A stretch of 61,909 nucleotides of DNA from a virus. Its lineage: Duplodnaviria; Caudoviricetes. Made by a program: the position numbers and the translations under genes. The notes under the pieces were generated by a model. That model was not told the origin of the DNA. It saw only the letters and a list, made by a program, of their open reading frames with translations, and did no database searches. The stretch lies in the IMG/VR virus record IMGVR_UViG_3300007754_000342, positions 1 to 61,909 of that record. One strand, given 5' to 3'. Shown here in pieces: positions 27,996 through 38,644 of the stretch; position 1 is the stretch's first letter; each line of letters starts with the position of its first letter.

Positions 27996-29049
27996 TGCTA
28001 AATATCTTTCGATACTTGAACAAATAAAAAACGACGGCGGTCGGATTGAACATAATAACCCTGACGATAAAGTATTGATAATAGATGGCCTGAATACTTT
28101 TATAAGAGTTTTCAGCGTCGTACCAGTTACCAATGATGACGGAGCTCACGTTGGTGGAATAATTGGTTTTCTAAAGTCAATTGGTTTCGCTATAAAAATG
28201 CACAATCCCACGAGATGCATAATAGTATTTGATGGAGAAGGAGGCTCAGACCGCCGTCGTAAGTTATACCCAGATTATAAAGCTAAACGTAGAACAAAAA
28301 TACGTTTGAATAGAGCGTATGATTGGAACACACCAGAAGATGAACATCAATCTATGTTGTTCCAAATGAGTCGGTTAGTAGAGTATTTACAATTACTACC
28401 ACTAACTATTATATCTGCTAATCATTTGGAAGCTGATGATGCTATTGGTTATATATCCAAACAAATTTTAACAGATTCTAAGATAACAATAATGTCTACT
28501 GATAAAGATTTTCTTCAGTTGGTAGATGATAGAATTTCTGTTTGGAGCCCTACCAAGAAAAAAAAGTATACACCAGTTGAAGTTCAAGAAGAATTTGGTA
28601 TACCATCTCATAACTTTTTGATGTATAAAATAATTGATGGTGACAAGTCAGATAACATTCCTGGCATAAAAGGAGTTGCATTAAAAACAATTAAAAAATG
28701 CTTACCACTTTTACAAAATAACCAGATAGTTAGTATAGAGGAAGTTTTAAAATATATCGAAAATAATGAAGTTACAAAAAATGTCAAGTCTATGTTGACA
28801 GAAGATAATCGAAAACAATTACAATTAAATAATGATTTAATGCAATTGAATGATGTTAATATTAGTGGTAACGCTAAATTAAAGATTAAAGATATTGTTG
28901 ATGAACCAATTCAACAATTATCTAAATTTAATTTTACGAAAATGTTTTTAAAAGATAAATTATTTCAATCGTTACCTAATGTTGATAGTTGGTTATTAAC
29001 TACATTTGCTACTTTAAATAAATATGCAGGAATAAGTAATGACAGATAA
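27988..29049 (+). CDS. 5'-3' exonuclease (FEN / T4 RNase H-like)
   Basis: LIIDGLN, VFDG, YK..R, EADD.I, STDKDFLQL, GDKSDNIPGIKGV. Confidence 0.92.
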   Translation: MTNAKYLSILEQIKNDGGRIEHNNPDDKVLIIDGLNTFIRVFSVVPVTNDDGAHVGGIIGFLKSIGFAIKMHNPTRCIIVFDGEGGSDRRRKLYPDYKAKRRTKIRLNRAYDWNTPEDEHQSMLFQMSRLVEYLQLLPLTIISANHLEADDAIGYISKQILTDSKITIMSTDKDFLQLVDDRISVWSPTKKKKYTPVEVQEEFGIPSHNFLMYKIIDGDKSDNIPGIKGVALKTIKKCLPLLQNNQIVSIEEVLKYIENNEVTKNVKSMLTEDNRKQLQLNNDLMQLNDVNISGNAKLKIKDIVDEPIQQLSKFNFTKMFLKDKLFQSLPNVDSWLLTTFATLNKYAGISNDR

Positions 29050-30415
29050 GTTAACTGGGTTTGGAACACCATTCCAAATAAAAGTAATAGCGTCTCTCTT
29101 AACAGATTTAAAGTTTCTACAAACATCTTCGGATATTATAAATGGTGATATATTTGATTCTAATGCAAATGGTTGGATAGTTGAGGAAGTAACAAAGTAT
29201 TTTTTGAAACATAAGCAAGTACCAACACTCGATGTTTTAAAAATAGAAATAAATGCTATAGAAGATGAACCATTACAAGTAGCTGTTATAGATAATTTAA
29301 GAGAAATTTGGAAAAATATAGAAGCTACAGATTTAGATTGGGTAAAAGATAAATGTTTGGAGTTTTGTAAGAATCAAGTTTTAAAGAATGCTATATTGGA
29401 GTCGGTAAATCTTTTAGAGAATCAAGATTACGATGGTATTAAATCGTTAATTGATAAGTCTATGTCTGTTGGTATTGAACGAGACTTGGGTCATGAATAT
29501 TTAACAAGTTTAGAGGAGAGATTAACAGAGTCGGTTAGAAACACCACACCTACTGGTTGGGATATTATAGATGAAGTGATGGATGGTGGTCTTGGTGCAG
29601 GTGAACTTGGTGTTATAGTGGCACCAGCTGGTATTGGTAAGACTTGGATGTTACAAGTTGTTGGAGCTAATGCCATTAAAAAAGGAAAAACTGTAGTTCA
29701 TTATAGTTTGGAATTAAATCAGACTTATGTTGGGTTGAGATATGATACAGTATTTAGTGGTGTAACTACATCAAATATCAAATTTTATAAAGAGGACGTA
29801 CAGAAGAAGATAGATGCACTTAAAGGTAATTTATATATAAAATATTATCCTACTCGTTCTGCTACAGTTCAAACGATAAATTCACATTTACAACAATTAT
29901 TAATTCAAGGTATAAAACCAGATTTAGTTGTTGTTGATTATGCCGATATTGTAAAACCACTTGGTACATTCAGAGAAAAGAGACATTCTATTGGGGATAA
30001 TTACGAAAGACTTAGAGAGTTAGCTGGTGAGTTTGAAATTCCTGTATGGACAGCTTCACAAGCTAATAGAAGTGCTCTTGAAGAGGAAGTAATTGATGCT
30101 ACAAAGGTGTCGGAAGATTATTCAAAAGTTATGACATCTGATTTTGTAATGTCAATAAGTCGTAAGGTAGAAGATAAAATATCTAATACTGCTCGTTGTC
30201 ACGTTATTAAAAATAGATTTGGAGTTGATGGTATGACATATCCAATGATGATGAATACTAATATTGGTAATATAGAAATTCATGAGTCTAATACTGTGGG
30301 TGGAAAACAACAACAAAAGAAAATGGATAGTTCGGAAGACTATCTTAGAAAATTAGCTAAAAATAAATATGATGATTTTAAAACTGATGGTAGCAAAATG
30401 GAAGGGTTTGAATAA
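29039..30415 (+). CDS. Replicative DnaB-like helicase (gp41-like)
   Basis: GELGVIVAPAGIGKT, SLEL, VVVDYAD, WTASQANR, KNRFG. Confidence 0.93.
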   Translation: MTDKLTGFGTPFQIKVIASLLTDLKFLQTSSDIINGDIFDSNANGWIVEEVTKYFLKHKQVPTLDVLKIEINAIEDEPLQVAVIDNLREIWKNIEATDLDWVKDKCLEFCKNQVLKNAILESVNLLENQDYDGIKSLIDKSMSVGIERDLGHEYLTSLEERLTESVRNTTPTGWDIIDEVMDGGLGAGELGVIVAPAGIGKTWMLQVVGANAIKKGKTVVHYSLELNQTYVGLRYDTVFSGVTTSNIKFYKEDVQKKIDALKGNLYIKYYPTRSATVQTINSHLQQLLIQGIKPDLVVVDYADIVKPLGTFREKRHSIGDNYERLRELAGEFEIPVWTASQANRSALEEEVIDATKVSEDYSKVMTSDFVMSISRKVEDKISNTARCHVIKNRFGVDGMTYPMMMNTNIGNIEIHESNTVGGKQQQKKMDSSEDYLRKLAKNKYDDFKTDGSKMEGFE

Positions 30416-30470
30416 TTATAGTAGGTATAGGTATACACGAAATGAGAAAGTTTACGAGAGAAGGTAAAAA

Positions 30471-32477
30471 ATGAAATTTAAGTTGTCGGAAAATTTTATA
30501 AATAAGTATAAGAGGCGAAAAGCCCCATTTGGTTTTAATGGTTTAGGTGAGTTAGTTTATATGAGAACCTATTCAAGAATTAAAGAAGATGGTAAAAACG
30601 AAAGATGGTGGGAAACTGTTCAACGAGTAGTAGAAGGAACTTATTCAATGCAAATGAATTGGATTGAATCACATCAATTAGGGTGGAATCCCTGGCAAGC
30701 TCAAAAGTCGGCACAAGAAATGTATGACCGAATTTTTAATATGAAGTTCTTGCCGCCTGGTCGTGGTCTGTGGGCAATGGGAACGCCCATTACAGAAGAC
30801 AAGGGTTTATATGCCGCCCTAAACAATTGTGCTTTCGTATCTACGAAGACACTAAGAGAAGATTATGCTAAACCTTTTTGTTTCCTTATGGATGCAAGTA
30901 TGTTGGGTGTTGGTGTAGGTTTCGATACAAAAGGTGCTGGAGAAATAGTAATCAAAGGTATTCAGAAAGATAGAGATGAACAAGTTTATCAGATACCAGA
31001 TACTCGTGAGGGATGGGTAGAATCAGTTCGTCTATTATTGGAAAGTTATTTTCATGGTCAAGCACCAGTGAAATTTGACTATACAAAGATACGAGGTGCA
31101 GGTGAACCAATTACTGGATTTGGTGGTGTCGCAAGTGGTTATGAACCATTAGAAGAAGTACACGACGCAATCAGAAAAGTTCTTGATAATAACGCAGGAG
31201 AACCAATTACAATCACTACAATTGTTGATATTATGAATCTTATAGGTAAATGTGTTGTAGCAGGTAATGTTAGAAGAACTGCTGAGATTGTATTTGGAGA
31301 CCCACATTCAGATGAATATTTAGATTTAAAAAATTATAAAGTTAATAAACATAGAGAACAATATGGTTGGACATCAAACAATTCTATATTTGCAAAACTT
31401 GGTATGGATTATACCGAAGTATCAAAAAGAATTGTAGACAATGGTGAACCAGGTTTAGCTTGGTTGAAAAATATGAGAAAATATTCTCGTATGAAAAATG
31501 GTGGAGATAATAAAGACCATAGAGTTGCAGGTGGAAATCCTTGTTTAGAACAATCATTAGAGAGTTATGAGTTATGTTGTTTAGTAGAAACTTTTCCAAG
31601 TAATCACGATAGTTATGACGATTATGCTAGAACATTAAAATATGCTTATCTATATGCTAAAACTGTAACACTTGGTAAGACTCATTGGTCAGATACAAAT
31701 CGTGTGATGTTAAGAAATAGAAGAATCGGTTGTTCTGTTAGTGGTGTCGCACAATTTATTACTAATCGTGGATTAAATGAATTAAAGAATTGGTTAAATA
31801 ATGGTTATGATGTAATACAAGATTGGGATAAAATGTATTCAGATTGGTTTGCAGTACCAAGAAGTATAAAAACTACTTCAGTAAAGCCATCAGGTACAGT
31901 TTCACTATTAGCAGGAGCGACTCCAGGATTACATTACCCTGAGAGTCGTTTTTACATTAGGAGAATAAGGGTTTCAAAACATTCAGAATTATTAGAACCA
32001 TTGAAAAAAGCAAAGTATAAAGTAGAACCAGCGGTTGGTTCAGAAGATACGACAATGGTCGTAGAAGTTCCTGTTGATGTTGGTGAAGGAATAAGAACAG
32101 CGGCGGAATTATCCATATGGGAACAATTCCATTTAGCCGCATTTCTTCAAAGACATTGGGCAGACAATCAAGTAAGTTGTACTGTAACATTTGACCCAGA
32201 GTCAGAGGGTTCAGTTATTCCACAAGTACTAAATTATTTTCAATATCACTTGAAAGGAATTTCATTACTACCAAGACATGATTATGGTGCCTACCCACAA
32301 ATGCCATATGAGTCTATTGATGAAAAAGAATACAATAAACAAGTTAAGAGACTTGGTAAGTTATCATTTGGAGTTATCAAACACGAAGAGGCTGATATTG
32401 ATAAATTTTGCAATAATGATGTATGTGCAGTAATTCCGATGACTGGTGATAATGACAACCAAGAATATGCTAATTAA
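30471..32477 (+). CDS. nrdJ: Class II (adenosylcobalamin-dependent) ribonucleotide reductase, RTPR type
   Basis: RTYSR, PPGRGLW, NNCAF, GNVRRTAE, NPCLEQ.L, TSVKPSGTVSLL, C-terminal C...C pair. Confidence 0.93.
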   Translation: MKFKLSENFINKYKRRKAPFGFNGLGELVYMRTYSRIKEDGKNERWWETVQRVVEGTYSMQMNWIESHQLGWNPWQAQKSAQEMYDRIFNMKFLPPGRGLWAMGTPITEDKGLYAALNNCAFVSTKTLREDYAKPFCFLMDASMLGVGVGFDTKGAGEIVIKGIQKDRDEQVYQIPDTREGWVESVRLLLESYFHGQAPVKFDYTKIRGAGEPITGFGGVASGYEPLEEVHDAIRKVLDNNAGEPITITTIVDIMNLIGKCVVAGNVRRTAEIVFGDPHSDEYLDLKNYKVNKHREQYGWTSNNSIFAKLGMDYTEVSKRIVDNGEPGLAWLKNMRKYSRMKNGGDNKDHRVAGGNPCLEQSLESYELCCLVETFPSNHDSYDDYARTLKYAYLYAKTVTLGKTHWSDTNRVMLRNRRIGCSVSGVAQFITNRGLNELKNWLNNGYDVIQDWDKMYSDWFAVPRSIKTTSVKPSGTVSLLAGATPGLHYPESRFYIRRIRVSKHSELLEPLKKAKYKVEPAVGSEDTTMVVEVPVDVGEGIRTAAELSIWEQFHLAAFLQRHWADNQVSCTVTFDPESEGSVIPQVLNYFQYHLKGISLLPRHDYGAYPQMPYESIDEKEYNKQVKRLGKLSFGVIKHEEADIDKFCNNDVCAVIPMTGDNDNQEYAN

Positions 32478-32500
32478 TTTCACGTACATCAAACCCGCGG

Positions 32501-32548
32501 ACAGGCAGACAACGCACCTGTAGAAAAATGCGTATTTTCGTTAACGAA
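32501..32548 (+). promoter_or_regulatory. H-type pseudoknot, riboswitch candidate
   Basis: ACAGG(32501-05)/CCTGT(32517-21) crossed by ACGCA(32512-16)/TGCGT(32529-33), with an A-rich loop AGAAAAA; upstream of an AAGGAG RBS. Confidence 0.5.
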
Positions 32549-32569
32549 TATAACAAAGGAGAACGATAA

Positions 32570-32653
32570 ATGAAAAATCGTAATCTAATATCGTTGGCTG
32601 TGTTTGTACGCCTAACTTTCCCATTTTTTCCAAAAAAATATCCACCCTTTTGA
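32570..32653 (+). pseudogene. 27-aa ORF resembling a truncated signal peptide (possible gene remnant or leader peptide)
   Basis: Strong AAAGGAG RBS; MKNRNLISLAVFVRLTFPFFPKKYPPF*. Confidence 0.4.
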
Positions 32654-32694
32654 ATTTGGGTTCACTATTTATTTTTATAAAAAAAGGTTATTAA

Positions 32695-34146
32695 ATGATA
32701 AATCACAAGTTATATGGTAGAAGAATCTTACACGTAATGTCACCTGTAAGATGGCGTTCAACCAAATTTATGCATCAAATGGATTCCAATTATAAAGTAA
32801 TGGTTAAGACTATAAAATGGTTACCAATGTGTCATCATTATGTTTTAGTTCCACCAAACAATACAATTCCGCATCTTGGAGATAATGTTACTAAAATACC
32901 ATTTCCATATGCTGGTAGTGTGTTGTTTAATCGTGGTTTTTTTGAAAGTAAAGCTCTATTGAAGAAGATGGATTTTCAAAAACTCGATATTGATTTTATT
33001 TTTAATCATCAACCAGAACTATTGTATAATGTTTATAATGCTATCTTGACCGATAGATATGGTATGACTGTAGATAGTTATAATTTTTTCCATTGGGTTG
33101 ATTGTGAAAAGAGTAGACCTACTGGTGGCTATCCAGTTGGATTTTTTAGACAAATGGAAGCTATTGATTTATCAACAAAATCTTATTTTCATTGTCCAGT
33201 TAGTTTAGATTATATGAAATCTAATTGGGATAAAATGCCACACACTTCACAAGGTGTTGATGAAAATGTAATGAAAGAGAAGATTAATTATTTCCCACTT
33301 GGTGTTGGTGATTTACCTGACCCAGAACCATTTCCATTACCAGATAAAAAGATATTAGTTTTTAATCATAGGTGGAATCAATCATGTGGTATAAAAAAAC
33401 TTATACAATTTACAGAAGGACTTGATAGAGATGAGTGGTTGGTATGGGTTACCGATGATGATGCTAAACATCCAAAGGCAGGTAAACCTGCACCAGATTG
33501 GATGAAGGTTCAGAACTTACCAAGTGGCGGTCAATATAGATATCTTATAGATAATTGTTATGCTACTATTTGTCTTGTACACGATTATATGACTTGGAAT
33601 TTATCTGCACAAGATGCTATAAAAGCTGAAAGACCAAGTTTAGTTTATGAACATCCAACACACGATTATGTTTTGGGTGAAGACTATCCGTTTTTCTTTA
33701 ATGATAAAAAATCATTTCTTGAGTTGTTAGATAATACACCAAGACATTATGGTTGGGATTTACCAAAACACGATGAGACATTTAAAGAAAATTTAATTGG
33801 TGATTTAATTGATGCGTGTGATAGTAAAAAGAAACGTACTGTCAGAACACCAAGTGCTGGAATAGAATGGTTATATCATATATTACAAGGTAATGGTTTT
33901 AAGAAAAATTTATTACACAATAGTCATCCAAATTTATATCTTAGTAATACTTGGGAGAAGATAAGACTTTGGTGTATGTCCAAAGGAGTTAAGGATGACC
34001 CAAACTATGAATTTACTAAATTATTTATCCCAGATGATAAGAGAGATGAAATACAAAAACTCGTTGATGATTCTGGAGAAACGTTTGGTGAATCAAAGTT
34101 AGACCCAAAATTTACTATAATCAATAAAGATGATAGTTGGTTTTAA
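32695..34146 (+). CDS. GT-B fold glycosyltransferase, candidate DNA base glycosyltransferase (paralog 1)
   Basis: DFIFNHQPE, FFHW, LVFNHRW, YMTWNLSAQD; stop overlaps the PolB start; ends DDSWF. Confidence 0.7.
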   Translation: MINHKLYGRRILHVMSPVRWRSTKFMHQMDSNYKVMVKTIKWLPMCHHYVLVPPNNTIPHLGDNVTKIPFPYAGSVLFNRGFFESKALLKKMDFQKLDIDFIFNHQPELLYNVYNAILTDRYGMTVDSYNFFHWVDCEKSRPTGGYPVGFFRQMEAIDLSTKSYFHCPVSLDYMKSNWDKMPHTSQGVDENVMKEKINYFPLGVGDLPDPEPFPLPDKKILVFNHRWNQSCGIKKLIQFTEGLDRDEWLVWVTDDDAKHPKAGKPAPDWMKVQNLPSGGQYRYLIDNCYATICLVHDYMTWNLSAQDAIKAERPSLVYEHPTHDYVLGEDYPFFFNDKKSFLELLDNTPRHYGWDLPKHDETFKENLIGDLIDACDSKKKRTVRTPSAGIEWLYHILQGNGFKKNLLHNSHPNLYLSNTWEKIRLWCMSKGVKDDPNYEFTKLFIPDDKRDEIQKLVDDSGETFGESKLDPKFTIINKDDSWF

Positions 34147-36653
34147 TGTATCAGAATATATTTTATGATAACTTCAAAAATAAGATACATATTTGGGATG
34201 ACGAAAAAGGTTATCTTGTCCTACCATATAAAAAATACGCATATGTAAAAGATAATTATGGAACTTATGTATCTCTATATGGAGATAAACTAAAAAAAGT
34301 ATATAAGTTCGATAAGAAGACTAAAAACCTTTGGGAATCTGATGTAAATCCAGAGACAAGAACACTTGTTGATATGTATACAGATTCAGATGACCTATCC
34401 ACTAATATTAGAATTGGTGTAATTGATATCGAGGTAGAAGTTACACAAGGATTTCCAGATGTTGAAAAAGCAGAGAACAAAATAACTTCAATAGCTTACT
34501 ATGATAGTGAGGTAGATAAATATTTTTGTCTTGTACTTGACCCAGAGAATAGACTAACTCTTGAAACAAAAGATGATGTTGAGATAGAAGCTTTCCAAGA
34601 AGAAGGTGAGTTGTTAAATAGATTTTATGCATTATTTCTGAAGTTGAGACCTACAATACTAACTGGTTGGAATAGTCTAAGGTTTGATATACCATACCTT
34701 TACAATAGAGCTACACAAGTACTTGGTTCTGAAATAGCAGATTGTCTATCACCAATTAGAAGAGTTAATTGGAGTGACTATCAAAATAGATATAAAATAG
34801 CTGGATTATCACAATTAGATTATTTATCATTATATAAGAAATTTACATTTACACAAAAAACATCGTATAGATTAGACGCTATAGCAGAAGATGAACTTGG
34901 TGAGAAAAAAGTTGAGTATGAAGGAACATTAAATGACTTGTATGACAATGACTTAGATAAGTTTGTAGAATATAACGTACATGACGTTAGACTTGTTAAG
35001 ATGTTAAATGACAAGTTGGATTTTATTGATGTATGTCGTGGTATTGCTCACGTTGGTCATGTTCCATATGAAGAAGTTGAATGGTCTTCGAGATACCTTG
35101 AAGGAGCCGTATTAGTTTACTTAAAGAAACTTGGTATTGTTGCACCAAACAAAAAGAAGGGTGGTAGAAAAGATTTATTTGAAGAAAATAAATTCTCTGG
35201 TGCATATGTTCAAGACCCGCAGAAAGGTAGACACGAATGGATTTATGATTTAGATATTACTTCAATGTATCCATCAATTATTATGTCGTTGAATATATCA
35301 CCAGAAACAAAGATAGGTGAAATTGTAGGATGGGATTCAGAAGAGTACGTTAAAAAAGTACCAAAGACTTATTCAGTTAAAATGAATGGTAAGGAACAAG
35401 GTAAGTTAACACATCAAGAATTGGAAATGTATTTTAGAGATAACCAAGTTTCTATTTCTTCTAATGGTATAATTTATAAAACAGATAAAAAGGGTTTGAT
35501 TCCAGCCTTGTTAGAACAATGGTTTGATACAAGAGTAGAGTTTAGAAAATTAGCTAAGAAGTTTGCCGATGAAGGTGATGAAGAAAAGTATCAATATTTT
35601 AATAGGAAACAATACATTCAAAAAGTTGTTTTAAATTCATTGTATGGTGTATTGGGTTTATCAGTTTTTCGATTCTATGATTTGGATAACGCTGAAGCAA
35701 CAACATTGACTGGTCAATCATTGATTAAATTTACAAAGAAGATTGGTAATCATTTCTATAATAAAGAACTTGAAGATGATAAAGATTATTGTATCTACAT
35801 TGATACTGATTCGGTATTTTATTCAGCCGTACCACTTCTTGATAAGAGATTTCCAGATGAAAAACTTTCTGATGTTATGAAGACACAAAAGATTTCAGAG
35901 ATAGCTACAGAAGTTCAAGGTTATATGAATACTTCATATGATTATTTTGCTAAAAAGTTTTGTAATATAGATAAACATAGATTTGAAATTAAACAAGAGA
36001 TTATAGCAAGAGCTGGTTTCTTTGTTGTTAAGAAACGATATGGAATGAGAATTATTAATGATAATGGTGTAAAGGTAAATAAGGTTCACGTAAAAGGTTT
36101 AGATACAGTTAGAAGCACATTCCCACCTGCAATGAAAGTTTTATTAAAAAGTGTTCTTGATGATATATTAAATTATGTTCCAAAGGATAAAGTTGATAAA
36201 CGGATATTGGATTTTAAAAGTAATATAAGAAATTTAAGTGTAGATGATATAGCAAATCCAGTTGGTGTTAAAAATTTAGAAAAGTATACACCAAAGAAAG
36301 ATAATAAATTCGCTAATAGAAGTGCTACTACTGATATTATGACTGGTACACCTGTTCACGTTAAGTCTTCATTGTATTATAATGATTTGTTAAAATATTT
36401 TAAAAAGAAAAGTTACGAACCAATTGTTAGTGATTCTAAAATCAGATGGGTATATTTGAAAGATAATCCATTGAAATTGGATGTTGTTGCTTATAAGGGA
36501 TATGAAGACCCAAAAGAAATAATGGATTTTATAAAAGAATATATTGATTATGATAAAATGTATGAACAAGCTCTAACTAAAAAACTAAATATGTTTTATG
36601 GTGCGTTAGATTGGGATGAACCAAAAATACAAAATGAGAACGCATGGTTTTAG
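34146..36653 (+). CDS. Family B DNA polymerase
   Basis: DIEV, TGWN..FDIPY, YNVHDV, DITSMYPS, K..LNSLYG, YIDTDS, KKRY, KGLD.VRS. Confidence 0.96.
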   Translation: MYQNIFYDNFKNKIHIWDDEKGYLVLPYKKYAYVKDNYGTYVSLYGDKLKKVYKFDKKTKNLWESDVNPETRTLVDMYTDSDDLSTNIRIGVIDIEVEVTQGFPDVEKAENKITSIAYYDSEVDKYFCLVLDPENRLTLETKDDVEIEAFQEEGELLNRFYALFLKLRPTILTGWNSLRFDIPYLYNRATQVLGSEIADCLSPIRRVNWSDYQNRYKIAGLSQLDYLSLYKKFTFTQKTSYRLDAIAEDELGEKKVEYEGTLNDLYDNDLDKFVEYNVHDVRLVKMLNDKLDFIDVCRGIAHVGHVPYEEVEWSSRYLEGAVLVYLKKLGIVAPNKKKGGRKDLFEENKFSGAYVQDPQKGRHEWIYDLDITSMYPSIIMSLNISPETKIGEIVGWDSEEYVKKVPKTYSVKMNGKEQGKLTHQELEMYFRDNQVSISSNGIIYKTDKKGLIPALLEQWFDTRVEFRKLAKKFADEGDEEKYQYFNRKQYIQKVVLNSLYGVLGLSVFRFYDLDNAEATTLTGQSLIKFTKKIGNHFYNKELEDDKDYCIYIDTDSVFYSAVPLLDKRFPDEKLSDVMKTQKISEIATEVQGYMNTSYDYFAKKFCNIDKHRFEIKQEIIARAGFFVVKKRYGMRIINDNGVKVNKVHVKGLDTVRSTFPPAMKVLLKSVLDDILNYVPKDKVDKRILDFKSNIRNLSVDDIANPVGVKNLEKYTPKKDNKFANRSATTDIMTGTPVHVKSSLYYNDLLKYFKKKSYEPIVSDSKIRWVYLKDNPLKLDVVAYKGYEDPKEIMDFIKEYIDYDKMYEQALTKKLNMFYGALDWDEPKIQNENAWF

Positions 36654-36898
36654 TATTATACACATCATCTAATATACCAGATTGTCCTTATTGTGATGAA
36701 GCACGCACGTGGTTGAATGATAACAAAGTTAATTTTGTTGAGGTAGATGTAGCTAACAATCAGAAACTAAAAGATAAAATATATGAAAAGACAAAATCTA
36801 AGAGTGTACCAGTTGTTAATATTGATGGTTCATATTTTAGAGGTTGGTTTACAAAAAAAGAATTGGAAGAATTATTAAAATTATTGAAAAAAAATTAA
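36644..36898 (+). CDS. Glutaredoxin / NrdH-like redoxin
   Basis: CPYC motif, SVPVV.IDG. Confidence 0.9.
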   Translation: MVLVLYTSSNIPDCPYCDEARTWLNDNKVNFVEVDVANNQKLKDKIYEKTKSKSVPVVNIDGSYFRGWFTKKELEELLKLLKKN

Positions 36899-36899
36899 T

Positions 36900-36926
36900 C
36901 GTTTTGAACTTGTCATATATATGTAT
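36900..36926 (+). promoter_or_regulatory. Putative class B promoter upstream of the clamp operon
   Basis: CGTTT-N14-ATATGTAT. Confidence 0.45.
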
Positions 36927-36957
36927 ATATGACTCAAATAATAAGGAGAAATAGGTT

Positions 36958-37710
36958 ATGGAAAAAGCGAAATTAACTCGCTATCTTGATAAAGTTCGTA
37001 TTGGTAATCATATCGAACAAGCTCAAATATCAACTAAAGATGGAGTATCACATACTTGGGTTGCAAGTAAAGATAAAGATGCTTTGGTTGTTTTAAAAAT
37101 GACTAAATCAGAAATACCAGATTCTGTTTTAGGTATAGGTGACTTACAGAAGTTTAATGGATTACTTGGTGCACTTGGTAATGATATTTCTATGGATGTT
37201 GTAAAGATTGATAGAGATGGAGAAGAAAAGTCAGTAGAAGTAAATTCATCAGATTCTTATGGTAACTCTACAAAGTATATGTTACACGATACAAGTGTTG
37301 TTCCAACAACACAAGGAAACGTTGTAAAGGGTTTATTGGAACAAGATTATAATTTAAAATTTACTTTGGATACCAATTTTGTTTCTAAATTTATAACTGG
37401 TAAATCAGCTCTTGGTGACGAAGTAGAAACGTTTACTATTGTTGCTGATAATAACAATGTTAATGTTGTTATTGGTTGGAGAAACACACACTCTAACAGA
37501 CTATCAATTCCAGTCACAACACAAACTTATGAAGAAGTTGATAAGGTTTCTTTTAGTTCACAAGTTATGGCTGACATTCTGAGTGCTAATAAAGAATGTG
37601 AAACTGGAACTCTTGAAATGAAAGGTGGAGATAGACCATTAATCAAAATGACATTTAATGTTGATGATTATAATGCGATTTATTTTTTACAACCAAGAGT
37701 TACGGTTTAA
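36958..37710 (+). CDS. Sliding clamp (gp45/PCNA-like)
   Basis: 250-aa alpha/beta protein immediately before the clamp loader, ending in a beta strand (AIYFLQP). Assigned mainly by synteny. Confidence 0.7.
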   Translation: MEKAKLTRYLDKVRIGNHIEQAQISTKDGVSHTWVASKDKDALVVLKMTKSEIPDSVLGIGDLQKFNGLLGALGNDISMDVVKIDRDGEEKSVEVNSSDSYGNSTKYMLHDTSVVPTTQGNVVKGLLEQDYNLKFTLDTNFVSKFITGKSALGDEVETFTIVADNNNVNVVIGWRNTHSNRLSIPVTTQTYEEVDKVSFSSQVMADILSANKECETGTLEMKGGDRPLIKMTFNVDDYNAIYFLQPRVTV

Positions 37711-37714
37711 ATGA

Positions 37715-38644
37715 ATGAAAATTACTAATGAAAATAATACTCTATGGGTAGAAAAGTATCGGCCTCAGACACTTGACTCTTATATTGGGAACACCCAATT
37801 AAAAGAAAAAGTTCAAGTGTGCTTAGAGAGTGGAGACTTACCACATCTTTTACTATATGGGAAGGCTGGTACAGGTAAGACCACTCTCGCTAAATTACTC
37901 GTTAATAATATAGATTGTGAATATCTATATATTAATGCGTCAGACGAGAGAAATCTTGATATGGTTCGAGATAAGGTAAAAACTTTTGCAGGAACACTTG
38001 GGTTTTCTGATTTAAAAGTTATTATTTTAGATGAGTGTGATTATATAACACCCACCGCTCAAGCTGCATTAAGAAATTTGATGGAGACATATTCCAATCA
38101 TTGTAGATTTATTTTGACTTGTAATTTTGTCGAGAGAATTATTGACCCAATTCAAAGTAGGTGTCAATCTTATAATTTAACACCACCATCAAAAAAGGAA
38201 GTAGCTATACATCTTGGTCAAATACTTGATACAGAGAATGTAAAGTATGAAACTAAAGATGTAGTTTTCATTATTAATAGTTGTTACCCAGATATTCGTA
38301 GGGTTATAAATTCCGCACAAAAACAATCAATCAAGGGAAAGTTGGAGTTAGATAAAACAAGTATAGTTCAAAATGATTATAAGATGAAGGTTCTTGAAAT
38401 TTTAACACAACAAGATAAGAGAAGTGCGTTTAAGAATGTTAGAAAGTTACTTTTGGATAGTGAAGTTAAGGATTATACAGAATTATTTAGATTGTTATAC
38501 GATGAAGTTGATGATTGGGGTAAAGGTCACGTAGCCGAATGTATTTTAATTTTAGCGGAATATCAAATGTCAGATAGTCAAGTTGTTGATAAAGAAATTA
38601 ATGCTATGGCTATGTTAACTAAATTATTGGGAACTATAAAATGA
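37715..38644 (+). CDS. Clamp loader large subunit (gp44/RFC-like AAA+)
   Basis: WVEKYRP, GKAGTGKTT, NASDER, ILDECD, SRC. Confidence 0.95.
   Translation: MKITNENNTLWVEKYRPQTLDSYIGNTQLKEKVQVCLESGDLPHLLLYGKAGTGKTTLAKLLVNNIDCEYLYINASDERNLDMVRDKVKTFAGTLGFSDLKVIILDECDYITPTAQAALRNLMETYSNHCRFILTCNFVERIIDPIQSRCQSYNLTPPSKKEVAIHLGQILDTENVKYETKDVVFIINSCYPDIRRVINSAQKQSIKGKLELDKTSIVQNDYKMKVLEILTQQDKRSAFKNVRKLLLDSEVKDYTELFRLLYDEVDDWGKGHVAECILILAEYQMSDSQVVDKEINAMAMLTKLLGTIK

Noticed and set aside
30471-36653. Inteins or introns in RNR and PolB
   Set aside because: Both are uninterrupted and of normal length, with no intein or homing endonuclease motifs seen.
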